A DNA stretch of 64,000 bases, taken from assembly GCF_009914755.1 (NCBI RefSeq), contig NC_060926.1; one strand, written 5' to 3'. The position numbers and the translations under genes are program-made. The DNA comes from the human T2T-CHM13v2.0 reference genome, Homo sapiens. The notes under the pieces were generated by a model that made no database searches, was not told the origin of the DNA, and was given only the letters and a program-made list of their open reading frames with translations. Shown piece after piece: positions 1 through 15,229 of the stretch (its first letter is position 1; each line of letters opens with the position of its first letter).

Positions 1-563
1 GCCAGGATGGTCTCATCTCCTGATCTCATGATCTGCCCGCCTTGGCCTCCCAAAGTGCTGGGATTACAGGCGTGAGCCATGGCGCCTGGCCACTTATTTT
101 TAAATATTGGCAAAATTAGCAAAATGATCACAGTAGTTAAAAATTATGATATCTTGGCTAGGTGCGGTGGCTCACGCCTGTAATCCCAGCACTTTGGGAG
201 GCCAAGGCAGGCAGATCACGAGGTCAGGAGATCGAGACCATCCTGGCTAACACGGTGAAACCCTGTCTCTACTAAAAATACAATAAATTAGCCAGGCGTG
301 GTGGCATGCACCTGTAGTCCCAGCTACTCAGGAGGCTGAGGCAGAAGAATCGCTTGAACCCAGGAGGCGGAGTGCAGTGAGCCAAGATTGTGCCACTGCA
401 CTCCAGCCTGGGTAATAGAGTGAGACTCTGTCTCAAAAAAACAAAACAAAACAAAATATTATCTCTTTAATGTTTAAATCATCTCTGAATTTTAATTCTT
501 AATTAGATCAACCCCAGTCTACTCTACAGTCTCATATTTGCCACCTTAAATTCTTCATTGCAC

Positions 564-793
564 CATCCTACTTCCCTTTATCCCGGGATTACTCCTGATG
601 GCCTCTTACAGGCATCCTTGCTTCCAGTCTTCCCTTCTTAAAATATTCCTGTCCTTAGCCTCTTGCTTAAAAAAATCTCATCCTACTTCCCTTTATCCCG
701 GGATTACTCCTGATGGCCTCTAACAGGCATCCTTACTTCCAGTCTTCCCTTCTTAAAATGTTCATGTCCTTAGCCTCTTGCTTAAAAAAATCT
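564..793. repeat. Tandem duplication, 2 x 115 bp (564-678, 679-793), in L2-like sequence in CCT4 intron 12
   Basis: Copies align end to end with 4 substitutions and no indels. Confidence 0.95.
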
Positions 794-1029
794 TTAGGCC
801 CCGCACCGTGGCTCACGCCTATAATCCTAGCACTTTGGAAGGCTGAGGCAGGTGAATTGCCTGAGCTCAGGAGTGCAAAACCAGCCTCAGCAACACAGTG
901 AAACACCATATCTACTAAAAAATACAAAAAAATTAGCCCGGCCTGGTGGTGGGCGCCTGTAGTCCCAGCTACTCAGGAGGCTGAGGCAGAATTGCTTGAA
1001 CTTGGGAGGAGGAGGTTGCAGTGAGCTGA

Positions 1030-1686
<657 letters not shown>

Positions 1687-2240
1687 TAGTTCCATCATTT
1701 GGCGTTCTGTACCATACAGACAATATAAAGTTGGACTGTCAGTTCTTTCCCATCATGTGTTTAATTTGTCTCCTCAACAAAACATTAATAAAAAGCGATA
1801 TTATTACCATATGATTACCTTACACAACTACATTAGCTCATGCTAACTAGGGCAATGATTTTTTATACAGTCTTTAGTATATGCCAAGCATCTATCTAAG
1901 AGCTTGTTAACTAGAAATGCATTTAATTCTCACAACAGGCCTATGAGGGAACTATTAATCATCCCTGTTTTTACACCTGAGGAAACTGAGGAACAGACTA
2001 AGTAACTTGCTAAAAGCTAGTCAGTAAGTGGCAGATTTAATGAACAAATAATACTTCCCCCTAAGGTGTCACCATCTTCCTTCTCACTCAATGGCATAGA
2101 TTAATTAACATGCAGCAGGCCTCATATTTAAATCCAAGATTATGCTTTTCATTACAGAGCTTTCCATTCAACAGATGACTACAAAGCTTTTAATATTTTA
2201 AATTAATCAATATTTTCTACATTAGAGATTAAATGATTAC

Positions 2241-2475
2241 CTTTCGGACATTAATGCCTGCAGTTTTTTCTCCCTGGGCATGCCGGTTTCTTAGTTCTGT
2301 TACTGTAGAAATGGGATTCAGGCCGGCATTTTCAGCTAGTGTAGATGGAATGACCTCCATAGCATCTGCAAAAGCACGAACGCAGTAGGATTCCATACCA
2401 CTCAGTGTTCGTGAATATTCAGTTAATCGTAGGGCCAACTCTATTTCTGGAGCACCACCTCCTGCAATAAGAGCC
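2241..2475 (-). CDS. CCT4: CCT4 coding exon 12 ([17 protein letters not shown]...TAGINVRK); later exons lie outside the window
   Basis: Contains the chaperonin GGGAPE motif and ENAGL; acceptor ttcag, donor AAG/gtaatc; 235 nt, cumulative CDS 1491 nt (497 codons). Confidence 0.97.
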
Positions 2476-2616
2476 CTGAAATTCACAAATATATTTTTAG
2501 CTTATTTTATCCAAAAGAAAATTATTTTTAATAATTTGCTATTTATATCTTTAAAAAATAGAATATAATAGTTTTAATGTTCAAAATGTTACTTAATAAT
2601 GTAACACTGACATTAC

Positions 2617-2747
2617 CTCTTCTTCACTAAACAACGAATAACACATAGGGCATCATGAATGGAGCGCTCAGCTTCTTCAATCACCAGTTTGTTAGAACCA
2701 CGAACAACAATTGTAACTGTTTTTCCAGGGCTGGCACAGCCTGTAAT
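2617..2747 (-). CDS. CCT4: CCT4 coding exon 11 ([44 protein letters not shown])
   Basis: Contains the group II chaperonin [10 protein letters not shown] motif; acceptor ctgaag, donor AG/gtaatg; 131 nt, phase-consistent. Confidence 0.96.
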
Positions 2748-2898
2748 CTTCAGTAAACAAATTCCAAATTAAGTATTTGAAGGGTCAAAAAAACCCCACA
2801 CCCAGGCCGGGCACGGCGGCTCACGCCTGTAAACCCAACACTTTGGGAGGATGAGGCGGGTGGCTAACGAGGTGAGGAGATCGAGACCATCCTGACTA

Positions 2899-3310
<412 letters not shown>

Positions 3311-3355
3311 CTAATTATCAGACATTTTCCACAAATACAGATGTTAATGTTTTAC

Positions 3356-3452
3356 CTTACAAATGAATTCAATGTCTTCTCTTTCAATATCCTTAATCAC
3401 CATTATCTTCATTTTATTCAGAAAGTGTAATGCAAGATCACTAAGAGCATCT
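3356..3452 (-). CDS. CCT4: CCT4 coding exon 9 ([32 protein letters not shown])
   Basis: Acceptor ttttag, donor AAG/gtaaaa; 97 nt, phase-consistent. Confidence 0.96.
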
Positions 3453-3671
3453 CTAAAATACAAAATCAGTGATTATGTCAATGCTAGATTAAAAAAATTT
3501 TGCTCTTCAAATGCCTTTAAGGTTTTAATTACTGTTTCTTAAATGGCCAATCATTATTTCTGAAGAAAAATGCTTTAGTTTACTAAGTTCGTAAGGTCAA
3601 AATTAAGATTTCCAATTCTATTGGAAATTTTAGTACAATTCCAGTATTAAAATGTACTCTGTCCCCAATGA

Positions 3672-3983
<312 letters not shown>

Positions 3984-5008
3984 TAAAGTGCTGGGATTAC
4001 AGGCATGAGCCACTGCACCCGGCTCATTTATTTATTTTTAATAGAGACAGGGTCTCCCTATGTTGCCCAGGCCGGTCTTGAACTCAGGGCTCAAGTGATC
4101 CTCCCACCTCGGCCCCACAAAGTGCTGGGATTACAGGCATGAGCCACTGTGCCTGACCTCATTTTTCTTAACAAATGAGCACATCTTGGGAAGTGAAACC
4201 TTATTAATACTTCATGAATTTAGAAGTATTAATTCAGACTCCACAAATTTACACTTCCCCATGAACTGTGAATAACAACTCTGTGATACTAGAAAGGTAG
4301 ATATTACTACTATCCCTATTATACGGATAAGCAAACTGAGTTTGGGGGGCAATTTACTCAAGGTCAGGAGCTATTATATGATTGGGATTAGAACCAAGTC
4401 TTCTGAGTCTTCAAAGACTATATAAAATGAACATCCACAGTACATTCTGGCACATTAATGGAGTAAATGGGAATGCGTCTATTAGGAAAAAATACTGGCC
4501 AGGCACGGTGGCTCACATCTGTAATCCCAGCACTTTGGGAGGCCAAGGGGGGGCAGACCACGAGGTCAGGAGTGCAAGACCAGCCTGACCAACATGATAA
4601 AACCTCATTTCTACAAAAATTAGCCAGGCGTGGTGGCACGTGACTGTAATCCCAACTATTTCAGGAGGCTGAGGAAGGAAAACTGCTTGAACCTGGGAGG
4701 CAGAGGTTGCAGTGAGCTGAGACTGCGCCATTGTACTCTAGCGTGGGTGACAGAGTGAGACTGTGTCTCCAAAAAAAAAAAAAGAAGGAAAAAAGTGATC
4801 TGTCAAACTTCAGAGAATTCTTTTCATCTATGGACTATGCAGAGCATTCCCCCAAAAAGTACCTCTAAATGACAAGGCAAGCAATTGCATAGACCTTTAA
4901 ATAAATTCCACTTTTAACTAGGTAATTAATTCTGCAACATGGCTTTTAAAAGAACAAGGCTTGATGTTTAGGACCTTGGTCTAGGTAAGATTATATATCC
5001 TACATTTA

Positions 5009-5134
<126 letters not shown>

Positions 5135-5576
5135 CTACTAAAAACACAAAATTAGCTGGGTGTGGTGGCACATGCCTGTAATCCCAACTACTCGGGAGGC
5201 TGAGGCAGGAGACTTGCGTGAACCCAGGAGGCGGGGGTTGTGGTGAACCGAGATCGCACCATTGATTCCAGCCTGGGCAACAAGAGCGAAACTCCATTTC
5301 AAAAAAAAAAAGGAAGATTACGCACTTTTTATCAAAACATAATAATGCTTTTCCAGCTTGTAACTGCAAGGAAAAATAATGATACTGCTAAAAAAAAAAA
5401 TGCAGATTTCTGGTGGTTTACCCAACTCAAATGTTTCTATAAAAATTGCTCTTAGAGGCTGGGTGCGGTGGCTCATGCCTGTAATCCCAGCACTTTGGGA
5501 GGCTGAGGCGGGTGGATCATGAGGTCAGGAGATCGAGACCATCCTGGCTAACATGGTAAAACCCCATCTCTACTCA

Positions 5577-5774
<198 letters not shown>

Positions 5775-6254
5775 CTATTAGAAGTGTGGTTTAGACTCTA
5801 AAAACTGCATGCTTTCTTGGCCCTGTTCCTTAAGGGCTCCACCCTGAAGCCAATAATCGAAGAAATAAGTTTTTTAAAAGGCCAAAACACAACATTCTGG
5901 CAGTTAGTTGGCTATTTTAAAAAACCTACTTTTTTTTGTAAAAGAAAATTACACCTTTATTGTTTTGAATTTACAAGTCATATATTTGTTTAAAGTGCTT
6001 TTCCTAGACATCTTAACTGAACTTATACCATTTTTTCCCTTGGTCTGAGCAAATGATGGTACAATATTGAGGCCTAACATTTTACCTGTGCTTTTAAAAT
6101 AAAAATTCTCCATTTCGTTTCACCTAAGAGTTGTCTGTTAAGAAATACGAACTTAGAGTAAGTGCTTAAATCATATATTTTATCAGAAAAAATAAACTGC
6201 TAGTGGAGATCCAAAATTATCATTAAGGGATGAACAAAATAAATAGCCCCACAC

Positions 6255-6394
6255 CTTAGAATAGATTTCTGTATGAGAAGGACATTACATCCTGTTTTTT
6301 TAATTTGCTTCACTAAATTTAAAATATAGGCTCTCTCTTCTCGCAGCACTCGGTCCATCTGGGCATAGTCAGAAACCACTATTTGATTATCCAT
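6255..6394 (-). CDS. CCT4: CCT4 coding exon 8 ([47 protein letters not shown])
   Basis: Apical-domain sequence; acceptor acag, donor AG/gtgtgg; 140 nt. Confidence 0.97.
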
Positions 6395-6719
6395 CTGTTC
6401 AGAAAAAGAACATCATAATTTGCATTGTAAGATATTTTAAGTTTAAAAGTAGAATTTTAAGCGAAAATACTATGTGTTGTATAAATTCAACCAAAACTAT
6501 ATCAAGTAATAAATTATATAGACATGCATAGAAAAGAGTCTGGATTAAGATACACATCCCAAACTTGAGTCTTTTATTTTCAACTAAGTACACTGGTATC
6601 TTACATTTTGCAAGTAAATTTTTTATAACCAAAAAATATAAAATGGTTACCCTAGTTGTTTTCAAAAGATAGGGTCCCTCTCTAATCTGTGTGAATTTGT
6701 AAATTAACAGCAACAGTGA

Positions 6720-6880
6720 AAAGATGGGGTCCCACTATGTTGCCCAGGCTGGAGTGGAGTGCAGGGACTATTCACAGGTCATGGAATAGCACACTGCAAC
6801 CTCAAACTCCTAGGTTCAAGCAATTTTTCTGCTTCAATTTCCCAAGGAGCTGGGACTACAGGCATCGTTGCAAATGGCTA
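6720..6880 (-). mobile_element. FAM/FRAM-type Alu monomer (7SL-like)
   Basis: Contains CTATTCACAGG, the 7SL-derived segment absent from dimeric Alus; similar monomers at about 24075-24230 (+) and 43070-43230 (+). Confidence 0.65.
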
Positions 6881-7079
6881 GCTCTCAATTTCAATATCCC
6901 AACTGAGGATACAGACTTGTCACTTGTGGCACCAACAATTACTATTTTTGTCTCAATTCTAGTAAGTCTTTTGAGATCTGCTTTAAATCACTAGTAGTAT
7001 TTTCTATTTTTAATAAAGAAATGCCTGAGTTATTAAAAAGTTAAACACAGAGAACCAATTTCATTTGGATTCTACTTAC

Positions 7080-7212
7080 GTCTGTTTTGGGAGCAGATAA
7101 GCAAAACTGAATAAGCCCAATCTTGGCCTTTTCAACTCTGGTTATGCCAGAATTTGACACTTTTTGGGTGAGAACCAGCCCTTCCACCAACTCACAGTCA
7201 TCAATTGTCCCA
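7080..7212 (-). CDS. CCT4: CCT4 coding exon 7 ([44 protein letters not shown])
   Basis: Acceptor ccttag, donor GAC/gtaagt; 133 nt. Confidence 0.97.
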
Positions 7213-7552
7213 CTAAGGATAAAAGAAAACAAAGAGGGGTAGTTAAGAGGGAGTGGACATCTGTACGTTTAATAGATGAACAGATTAAAAGTCATCAGTC
7301 CAATAAAATATGATTCAGCCTCACATTTATTATTGCCCCACTCCTGGATCTCTTTGATCCACTGCTGTCTTACTATCATAAGGTAACATAAACAAAATCT
7401 CCAGATGCCCATACTAATACAAATTCTCACGAAAACAAAACCAAAAAGAGAAAAGAGAGCTTTGTGACTTTCATCTAGGTGTTTTTATTTATTTTTGGCA
7501 ATCTGATGCTCATTTTCAAATTTTTATTCAAGTTGTAATTAGAGATGCTTAC

Positions 7553-7674
7553 CCAAGCTTCTTAACTATTTTAATATCTCTAAGATCTACACTGGTGGCT
7601 GTGGCTGGGTCAATCACTTTCATCACTGCATTTACACTCATTGGAGAAAGCAGACTTGAATACTGAGAAACCAC
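7553..7674 (-). CDS. CCT4: CCT4 coding exon 6 ([41 protein letters not shown])
   Basis: Acceptor ttctag, donor GG/gtaagc; 122 nt. Confidence 0.96.
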
Positions 7675-8049
7675 CTAGAATTATTAAAAAAAAAAAAAAG
7701 TTACCTTCACAGTAGAAAAAAGTCCTAATTTTTCAATGACAAAGATACTTAAGAAAGACTCTTATAATTTTTGCAGTGGGGTGTGGGTATGAAGAGGGAA
7801 ACACTCATGAGAAGACAGTCCATAAAGTGTCTTTTCCATTCAGGTTGTCACCAGGGGCACAAAATAAAAACATGTATGCTTGCTTTTTTCTTTTATTAAT
7901 ATAATAGCCGGGACTGTAGAATATCAAAGTTTTACAGGAAATCCAAAAAGCATAAATTTAATTTTACGTGAATATTTTCTATCTAAAATGAATGTGTGAT
8001 GAGGCATCAATGTTATGTATGTACATTCCTGATGAGGGGTTGATAAAAA

Positions 8050-8700
8050 TTGCTAACATTTATCAATCACTTAACATATGCCAGGCAGTGGTCTTAGAAC
8101 TTTACATATTAACTCATTCAATCTTCAGATGGAGAAACTGAAGCCAAGAGGTTAAGTCATTTGGCCAAACAGCGTAGTTAAGTGGTGAAGTCAGTACTGA
8201 ACAAACACAAGCAGTCTAGACTCAATGCCTAGTGCTTGTAACCATTACGCTATACTATCTGTATTAGTTCTAAGGACATCCAACAGTATCACTTAGTGTC
8301 CCTAACACTACCTAACATTCAAACAAAATGAATGTATGGACTTAATACTGATTTTTAAAAGGAAAAAGGATTAGGGGAAGGAAGGGATAAACACAGGATA
8401 TTACAGAAAACAAGTGACATGAGTTCCAAAGAAATTTAAAAGCACAACACCGCTTTAAGTTTGGTAAATAAGAAAAGCAGCATATGTATTAGTTAAGGGA
8501 TGGACCACGATGGGCAGCCTGTCCTGGGTTCAAATCTCAGCTGTTTCTGTTAGCGGTCCTTGGATAAGTTACTCCTCTAGATCTACTCTTTTCATCTATA
8601 AAATGGGGATATGACTATCTGAGGGCCTTGAAGAGGACAATAAATGTAAAAAACTTATCACAATGCCCACCATATTAAATATTCAATAAAAATTAGCTAT
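8050..8700. mobile_element. MIR SINE fragments (two, opposite orientation)
   Basis: Core motifs cagatggagaaactgaagcc and ttttcatctataaaatggggat; other MIR cores near 1900-2040, 4260-4410, 20000-20200 and 21140-21320. Confidence 0.75.
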
Positions 8701-9028
8701 ACTGCCAGTAATCTATGGCAGTCTTTCTGATTTGGTGGAGGAAAAGGTTTCTTATAGGCAAATTAAAATATCTAGCTTTATCAAAACACTGTTACAATGC
8801 ATTAAACAGAAAAGTGGAAATGGATATAGTATATATTAAATATTCTAACTCCTTTGTTAGCCTTATGGCTCATTTCCTCTCTTAATCTTAAACCAATTCA
8901 ATTATACAGATTATAACAGTTACCTAGCCACTCTTGAGATTTAGTATTTATGTACCGTATAGCATCAAGAATCATAGAGTAACACACTTTTAACTAATTT
9001 GACAAGTATCCGTTAGTGTTTGTCTCAC

Positions 9029-9171
9029 CTTTGAGTTCAGTGAAGTGGTTGCACTATTTAACAAAGTTTCTCTGTCACTCAGTTCCACAGGTCGAGACAT
9101 GTCAGTCAAGATTTCAATGCCCTTTTCCAGGGCCTTCTGGAATGACTCAGAAATGATGGTTGGATGAATCC
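9029..9171 (-). CDS. CCT4: CCT4 coding exon 5 ([48 protein letters not shown])
   Basis: Contains GIHP and TSLNSK chaperonin motifs; acceptor ttacag, donor AAG/gtgaga; 143 nt. Confidence 0.97.
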
Positions 9172-9812
9172 CTGTAATTTGTGAAAGTCTAGTTATTTAA
9201 TTGTAACAGGTAAACTACACATTTGACATGGCTTAAAAATTTTCTACTCAATGTCAAAGCAAGCACAAATTTAACTATTCTTAATTACAAACTTATGCTT
9301 CAGTTGTAATATAGTGGCTTGAATAACCTGCTAACTATGGCTAATAATTTACTTCCATCCAACTTAAAACAGATTACACACTTATTAATGGTCTTGACTA
9401 AAACCAAATTTTATACTTTTTTTTTTTTTTTTTTTTTTTTCTGAGACAGGGTCTTACTCTGTCACCCAGGCTAGAGTGCAGCGCCCTGATCTCAGCTCAC
9501 TACAGCCTCAACCTCCCAGGCTCAAGTGATCCTCCCACCTCAGCCTCCTGAGTAGCTGGGACTACAGACACACGCCACCACACCCGGCTAATTTTTTTTG
9601 TATTTTTTTTTTTTTTTTTTGGTGGAGACAGGGTTTTGCCATGTTGCCCAGTCTGGTCTCAACTCCTTGGGCTCAATTGTTCTGCCAGCCTCAGCCTCCC
9701 AAAGTGCTGGGATTACAAGTATGAGTCACCGCACCTGGCCGATACTTCTCAAAATATCACAAATCTACATTATAAGTAAAATAAGTGATTGGATAGTCAC
9801 TACTATAATTAA

Positions 9813-10070
<258 letters not shown>

Positions 10071-10076
10071 TAGTAA

Positions 10077-10325
<249 letters not shown>

Positions 10326-10448
10326 TAAAAAGATTAGTTATTCCAAATTAAATCTTCAATCCCATATTACTTATGAATAACTTGGCTTTTCCTAAAGTTT
10401 GTTCTTTTAAACTTTTCTTTATTCAGTAATAAAGTACATCCTACCCAC

Positions 10449-10557
10449 CTTTCTGAAGAAGCTTGGTACAAGAATCTAAGAGGGAGCCAGCAATGATGAC
10501 TACTGATGTGGTGCCATCTCCTGCTTCTATATCTTGAGCCTTAGACAGCTCCACCAG
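10449..10557 (-). CDS. CCT4: CCT4 coding exon 4 ([36 protein letters not shown])
   Basis: Contains the GDGTTS ATP-binding motif; acceptor ttag, donor G/gtgggt; 109 nt. Confidence 0.98.
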
Positions 10558-10866
10558 CTAAGTGAACAGAAAATGCCAAGTTGCTCAATGAGAAATGACA
10601 GAACCCAGTAACACCTAATTCAAATAATCGCACCAGTGTCACAAACAGAATTTGAAGATACAACATGATTCCTGATTTCTTCTGATTTGTTGTCTACCTT
10701 GGGTTTCATTTAAAATTAAAGACTAGTAGATGATCTCCAGTTCAGATTGTGGGTTGTCATCTCCCCCTGCCCTGCTACTCAAAAGTTCTAATTAGAAAGC
10801 AAAAATATATCGTAAGTACTCTATAGAATTGGAAGCTAAGAAAAGGGGCATTCCAGATGAGACTAG

Positions 10867-11019
<153 letters not shown>

Positions 11020-11495
11020 TAACACATCTGGCTACTTTTTTTAAAAAGTCTTTTTTGTTCGTTTGTTTTTAGAGACGGGGCCCCATTATGTTCCCTAGAA
11101 TGGTCTTGAACTCCTGGGCTCAAAGGATCCTCCTGCTTCAGCCTCCCACAGTGCTGAGATTACAGGCATGAACCACCATTCCCAGCCTCAGAGTATCAAC
11201 TTAAGAGTCTTTTGCCAAGTTTATTTGAGTAGACCCCTTGTAAGTATAACCTGATTCATTAAAAAGCCATCTTTTCATAACTGGTGGATGGCACAACATA
11301 TGAAGCCTCAGGACTATCCAAGAAAACAGCAAAACTTCACGTAGCAGTGAAGTTTTGTTTTATTTAGCAATGCTTTCTTATGTTCCAAATAAGATGCTTA
11401 TTTTCCTATAATAATAATTTTTTTCAACATTTTAATAGCAATATTATATATATAGACTTTTGTCACTTCTGGATAACAAAATTTTTTTGTTATCC

Positions 11496-11661
11496 TGTCG
11501 AACTCCTGACCTCAGGTGATCCACCCGCCTCAGCCTCCCAAAGTGCTGGGATTACAGGCACGAGCCACTGCGACCAGACTGATAGAAATTTCTTTCTAAT
11601 GAATTTGTTTTTGCTCATATGACTTGACACCAGGTTTATGTTTTTAATCTCCTTATTCCTC
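11496..11661. repeat. 166-bp displaced direct copy of 12307-12472 (Alu 5' end plus unique flank)
   Basis: Base-by-base identical to 12307-12472; hairpins at both junctions. Confidence 0.97.
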
Positions 11662-11779
11662 AATAGTACCACATACTATTTGTAAAATAGTATGTGGTAA
11701 TTATACAAAATTTGGAAAATACAGAAAGAAATTAAAATGTGTCAACTAAATATTTTTGAAGCAAAGACCATTAATATTT

Positions 11780-12030
11780 GTATACAGTATGTTGGTTTAT
11801 TTCCAATCATTTTCTATTTTTTAAGTAAGCTCACAGTATATACGTAATTTTATCTTTTTTCATGTAATGTTTCATTAGTGTTTTTCCTCATAAAAATCTT
11901 CATAAACAATTTTTAATGGCTGTATGATTAACATGCTGTGGTATACTGTTTAAACATTTTCTTATCATTGGATATTTTGCCTATTCCAGGTTGTTTCCAT
12001 TATAAATAAATTTGATCAGTATCTTTGTAA
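11780..12030 (-). mobile_element. Old L1M (L1ME-like) 3' fragment
   Basis: ttttaatggctgtatg...cttatcattggatatttt...ttccattataaataa resembles antisense L1M 3'UTR. Confidence 0.55.
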
Positions 12031-12517
12031 AAAAAGAAAATTTTTTAAAAGCCATCTTTACACAACTCAGAGGGATTTTTTTGATAGAAGTTCCTTTTTT
12101 TTTTTTTTGAGACGGAGTCTTACTCTGTCACCCCAAGCTGGAGTGAAGTGGGGCAATCTCGGCTCACTGCAACCTCTGCCTCCCCGGTTCAAGCAATTCT
12201 CCTGTCTCTGCCTCCGAGTAGCTGAAATTAAAGGCATGCACCACCACGCCCAGCTGATTTTTGTATTTTTAGTAGAGATGGGGTTTCACGATGTTGGCCA
12301 CGCTGGTGTCGAACTCCTGACCTCAGGTGATCCACCCGCCTCAGCCTCCCAAAGTGCTGGGATTACAGGCACGAGCCACTGCGACCAGACTGATAGAAAT
12401 TTCTTTCTAATGAATTTGTTTTTGCTCATATGACTTGACACCAGGTTTATGTTTTTAATCTCCTTATTCCTCGAGTGTATGCCAAGTTTCCATGGACTAG
12501 TATAAGGTAAAAGAAGT

Positions 12518-12635
12518 AAAATAATTACTGTTTCCAGTAGATTATATTTTTAGACAATGAATTTTCTTCTGTGGACACATGAACTGCTATGCACCATACC
12601 CTAATAAGAACACAATAATCATATGAAAGGAAAAA
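12518..12635. repeat. Inverted repeat arm (partner at 15406-15523)
   Basis: Includes 33-nt (12545-12577 vs 15467-15499) and 17-nt (12600-12616 vs 15427-15443) perfect reverse-complement matches. Confidence 0.9.
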
Positions 12636-12801
12636 TAATCATTTCTGTGGACAAGTATAAGGTGACTTGTGTTTCTTTCTTTTTTTTTTTTGAGACAGGA
12701 TCTCGCTTTGTCACCCAGGCTGGAGTGCAGTGGCGCAATCACAGCTCACTACCTCCCCTGGACTCAAACAATTCTCCCACCTCAGCCTCCTGAGTAGCTG
12801 A

Positions 12802-13167
<366 letters not shown>

Positions 13168-13613
13168 TAGGCACACAATGTATCCTAAAAATATGCCTGT
13201 TCAGCACGAAAAGTGTTCATCGTGCTTAAATATCATGTGATCAAATAAATTTAACTGTTTACCAAGTATCAAATACACTTAAAAAAGAAGACTCATCTGG
13301 CCGGGCGCAGTAGCTCATGTCTGTAATCCCAGCACTTTGGGAGGCCAACGTAGGTGGATCACAAGGTCAGGAGTTTGAGAACAGCCTGACCAACATGGTG
13401 AAACCCGTCTCTACTGAAAATACAAAAATCAACCAGGCATGGTGGCACGAGCCTGTAATCCCAGCTACTCAGGAGGCTGAGGCAGGAGAAATGAATCTGG
13501 GAGGCAGAGGTTGCAGTGAGCTGAGATTGTGCCACGGCACTCTAGCCTGGATGACAGAGCAAGACTCTGTCTCAAAAAAAAAAAAAAAAAGACTCACCTA
13601 AAATTACACTTAC

Positions 13614-13703
13614 CATTCTGGCTGCTGGATGTAATACTTGCATTTGTTTCAGAATGGTAGCACCATCATTTGTAATGGTTACATCACCTTTTCCATCTTG
13701 AAT
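13614..13703 (-). CDS. CCT4: CCT4 coding exon 3 ([30 protein letters not shown]), 90-nt in-frame exon
   Basis: Contains TNDGATIL and HPAA motifs; acceptor ttctag, donor ATG/gtaagt. Confidence 0.98.
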
Positions 13704-13927
13704 CTAGAAAAAAAATTTTAAAGTTATATTTCAATGTCACACCTTAATAGTTTTATTAAACTTTTACATTTCAAAATAGAGAAGTTAATTTCTGTTTGCA
13801 AAGTACTTAATTTTAAATTCTCTTCCCTTACATTAGCATAATAGTTTAAGAATACGCAATAACAGTCCAACTTTACAAAAGAAAAAAGTGGCTTTGTTGC
13901 AGGGTAATCTAAAAGTGAAGAAATGTA

Positions 13928-13928
<1 letters not shown>

Positions 13929-13972
<44 letters not shown>
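13929..13972. repeat. (AC)22 microsatellite; reads (GU)22 on the CCT4 pre-mRNA
   Basis: Direct reading. Confidence 0.97.
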
Positions 13973-13978
<6 letters not shown>

Positions 13979-14398
13979 AAAAATATTATAAAGAAGCACT
14001 TGCTATCTTTAATGATTTCTTATTAATCAGAAACACGATTTCCACCATGGATGCCCCTAAAGCAGTACCATGCCATGCGGTGAACACAATTCTTACAGTC
14101 AACACAGTAACTTTTTTCCTTTTTTGTCCTACAAAAAGGACAATGGCATTTTTGGGAAGGATAGATTTTTGAATATCCAGAGCGGAGAATAATCTATAGT
14201 ATCATCCAGATGATCCTCCATATTGTTTTATCTCACAGAGACCCACATTAAGATACAAAGTTACATCCATAAGGAACACTAAACTGAAGTCCCAACACCT
14301 GGATTTATAATAGTTTCCACTTAACTACATAATAGATATCTATATTTGGGTGTGCATTCTCATTGTTTAAGAAGCATTAAACAAAATATGAATTATAG

Positions 14399-14963
<565 letters not shown>

Positions 14964-15176
14964 TAGTAGACATAGGGTTTCTCCATGTTGGTCAGGATGG
15001 TCTCCAACTCCTGACCTCAGGTGATCCTCCCCTCACCCTCCCAAAGTGCTGGGATTATAGGTGTGAGCCACCACGCCCAGCCCCACTTTTTAAACAGCAC
15101 ATCTAACCCTTCAACAAGATCTTGTAGTGTGAACAGCAGTGCTCAATTAGTAGTATTCAATGACTCAACTCTTTAC

Positions 15177-15229
15177 CATTTTATCCATTCCTTTTGGTCC
15201 AAGGCTTGTTCTAATAGCATCAGCAACCG
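15177..15229 (-). CDS. CCT4: CCT4 coding exon 2 (AVADAIRTSLGPKGMDKM)
   Basis: Contains the RTSLGPKGMDKM chaperonin signature; acceptor ctgcag, donor ATG/gtaaag; 53 nt. Confidence 0.98.

Noticed and set aside
3604-3632. Small AT-rich hairpin ATTTCCAAT-tct-ATTGGAAAT in CCT4 intron 8
   Set aside because: A 9-bp AT-rich stem with no snoRNA boxes or associated duplication; plausible by chance.
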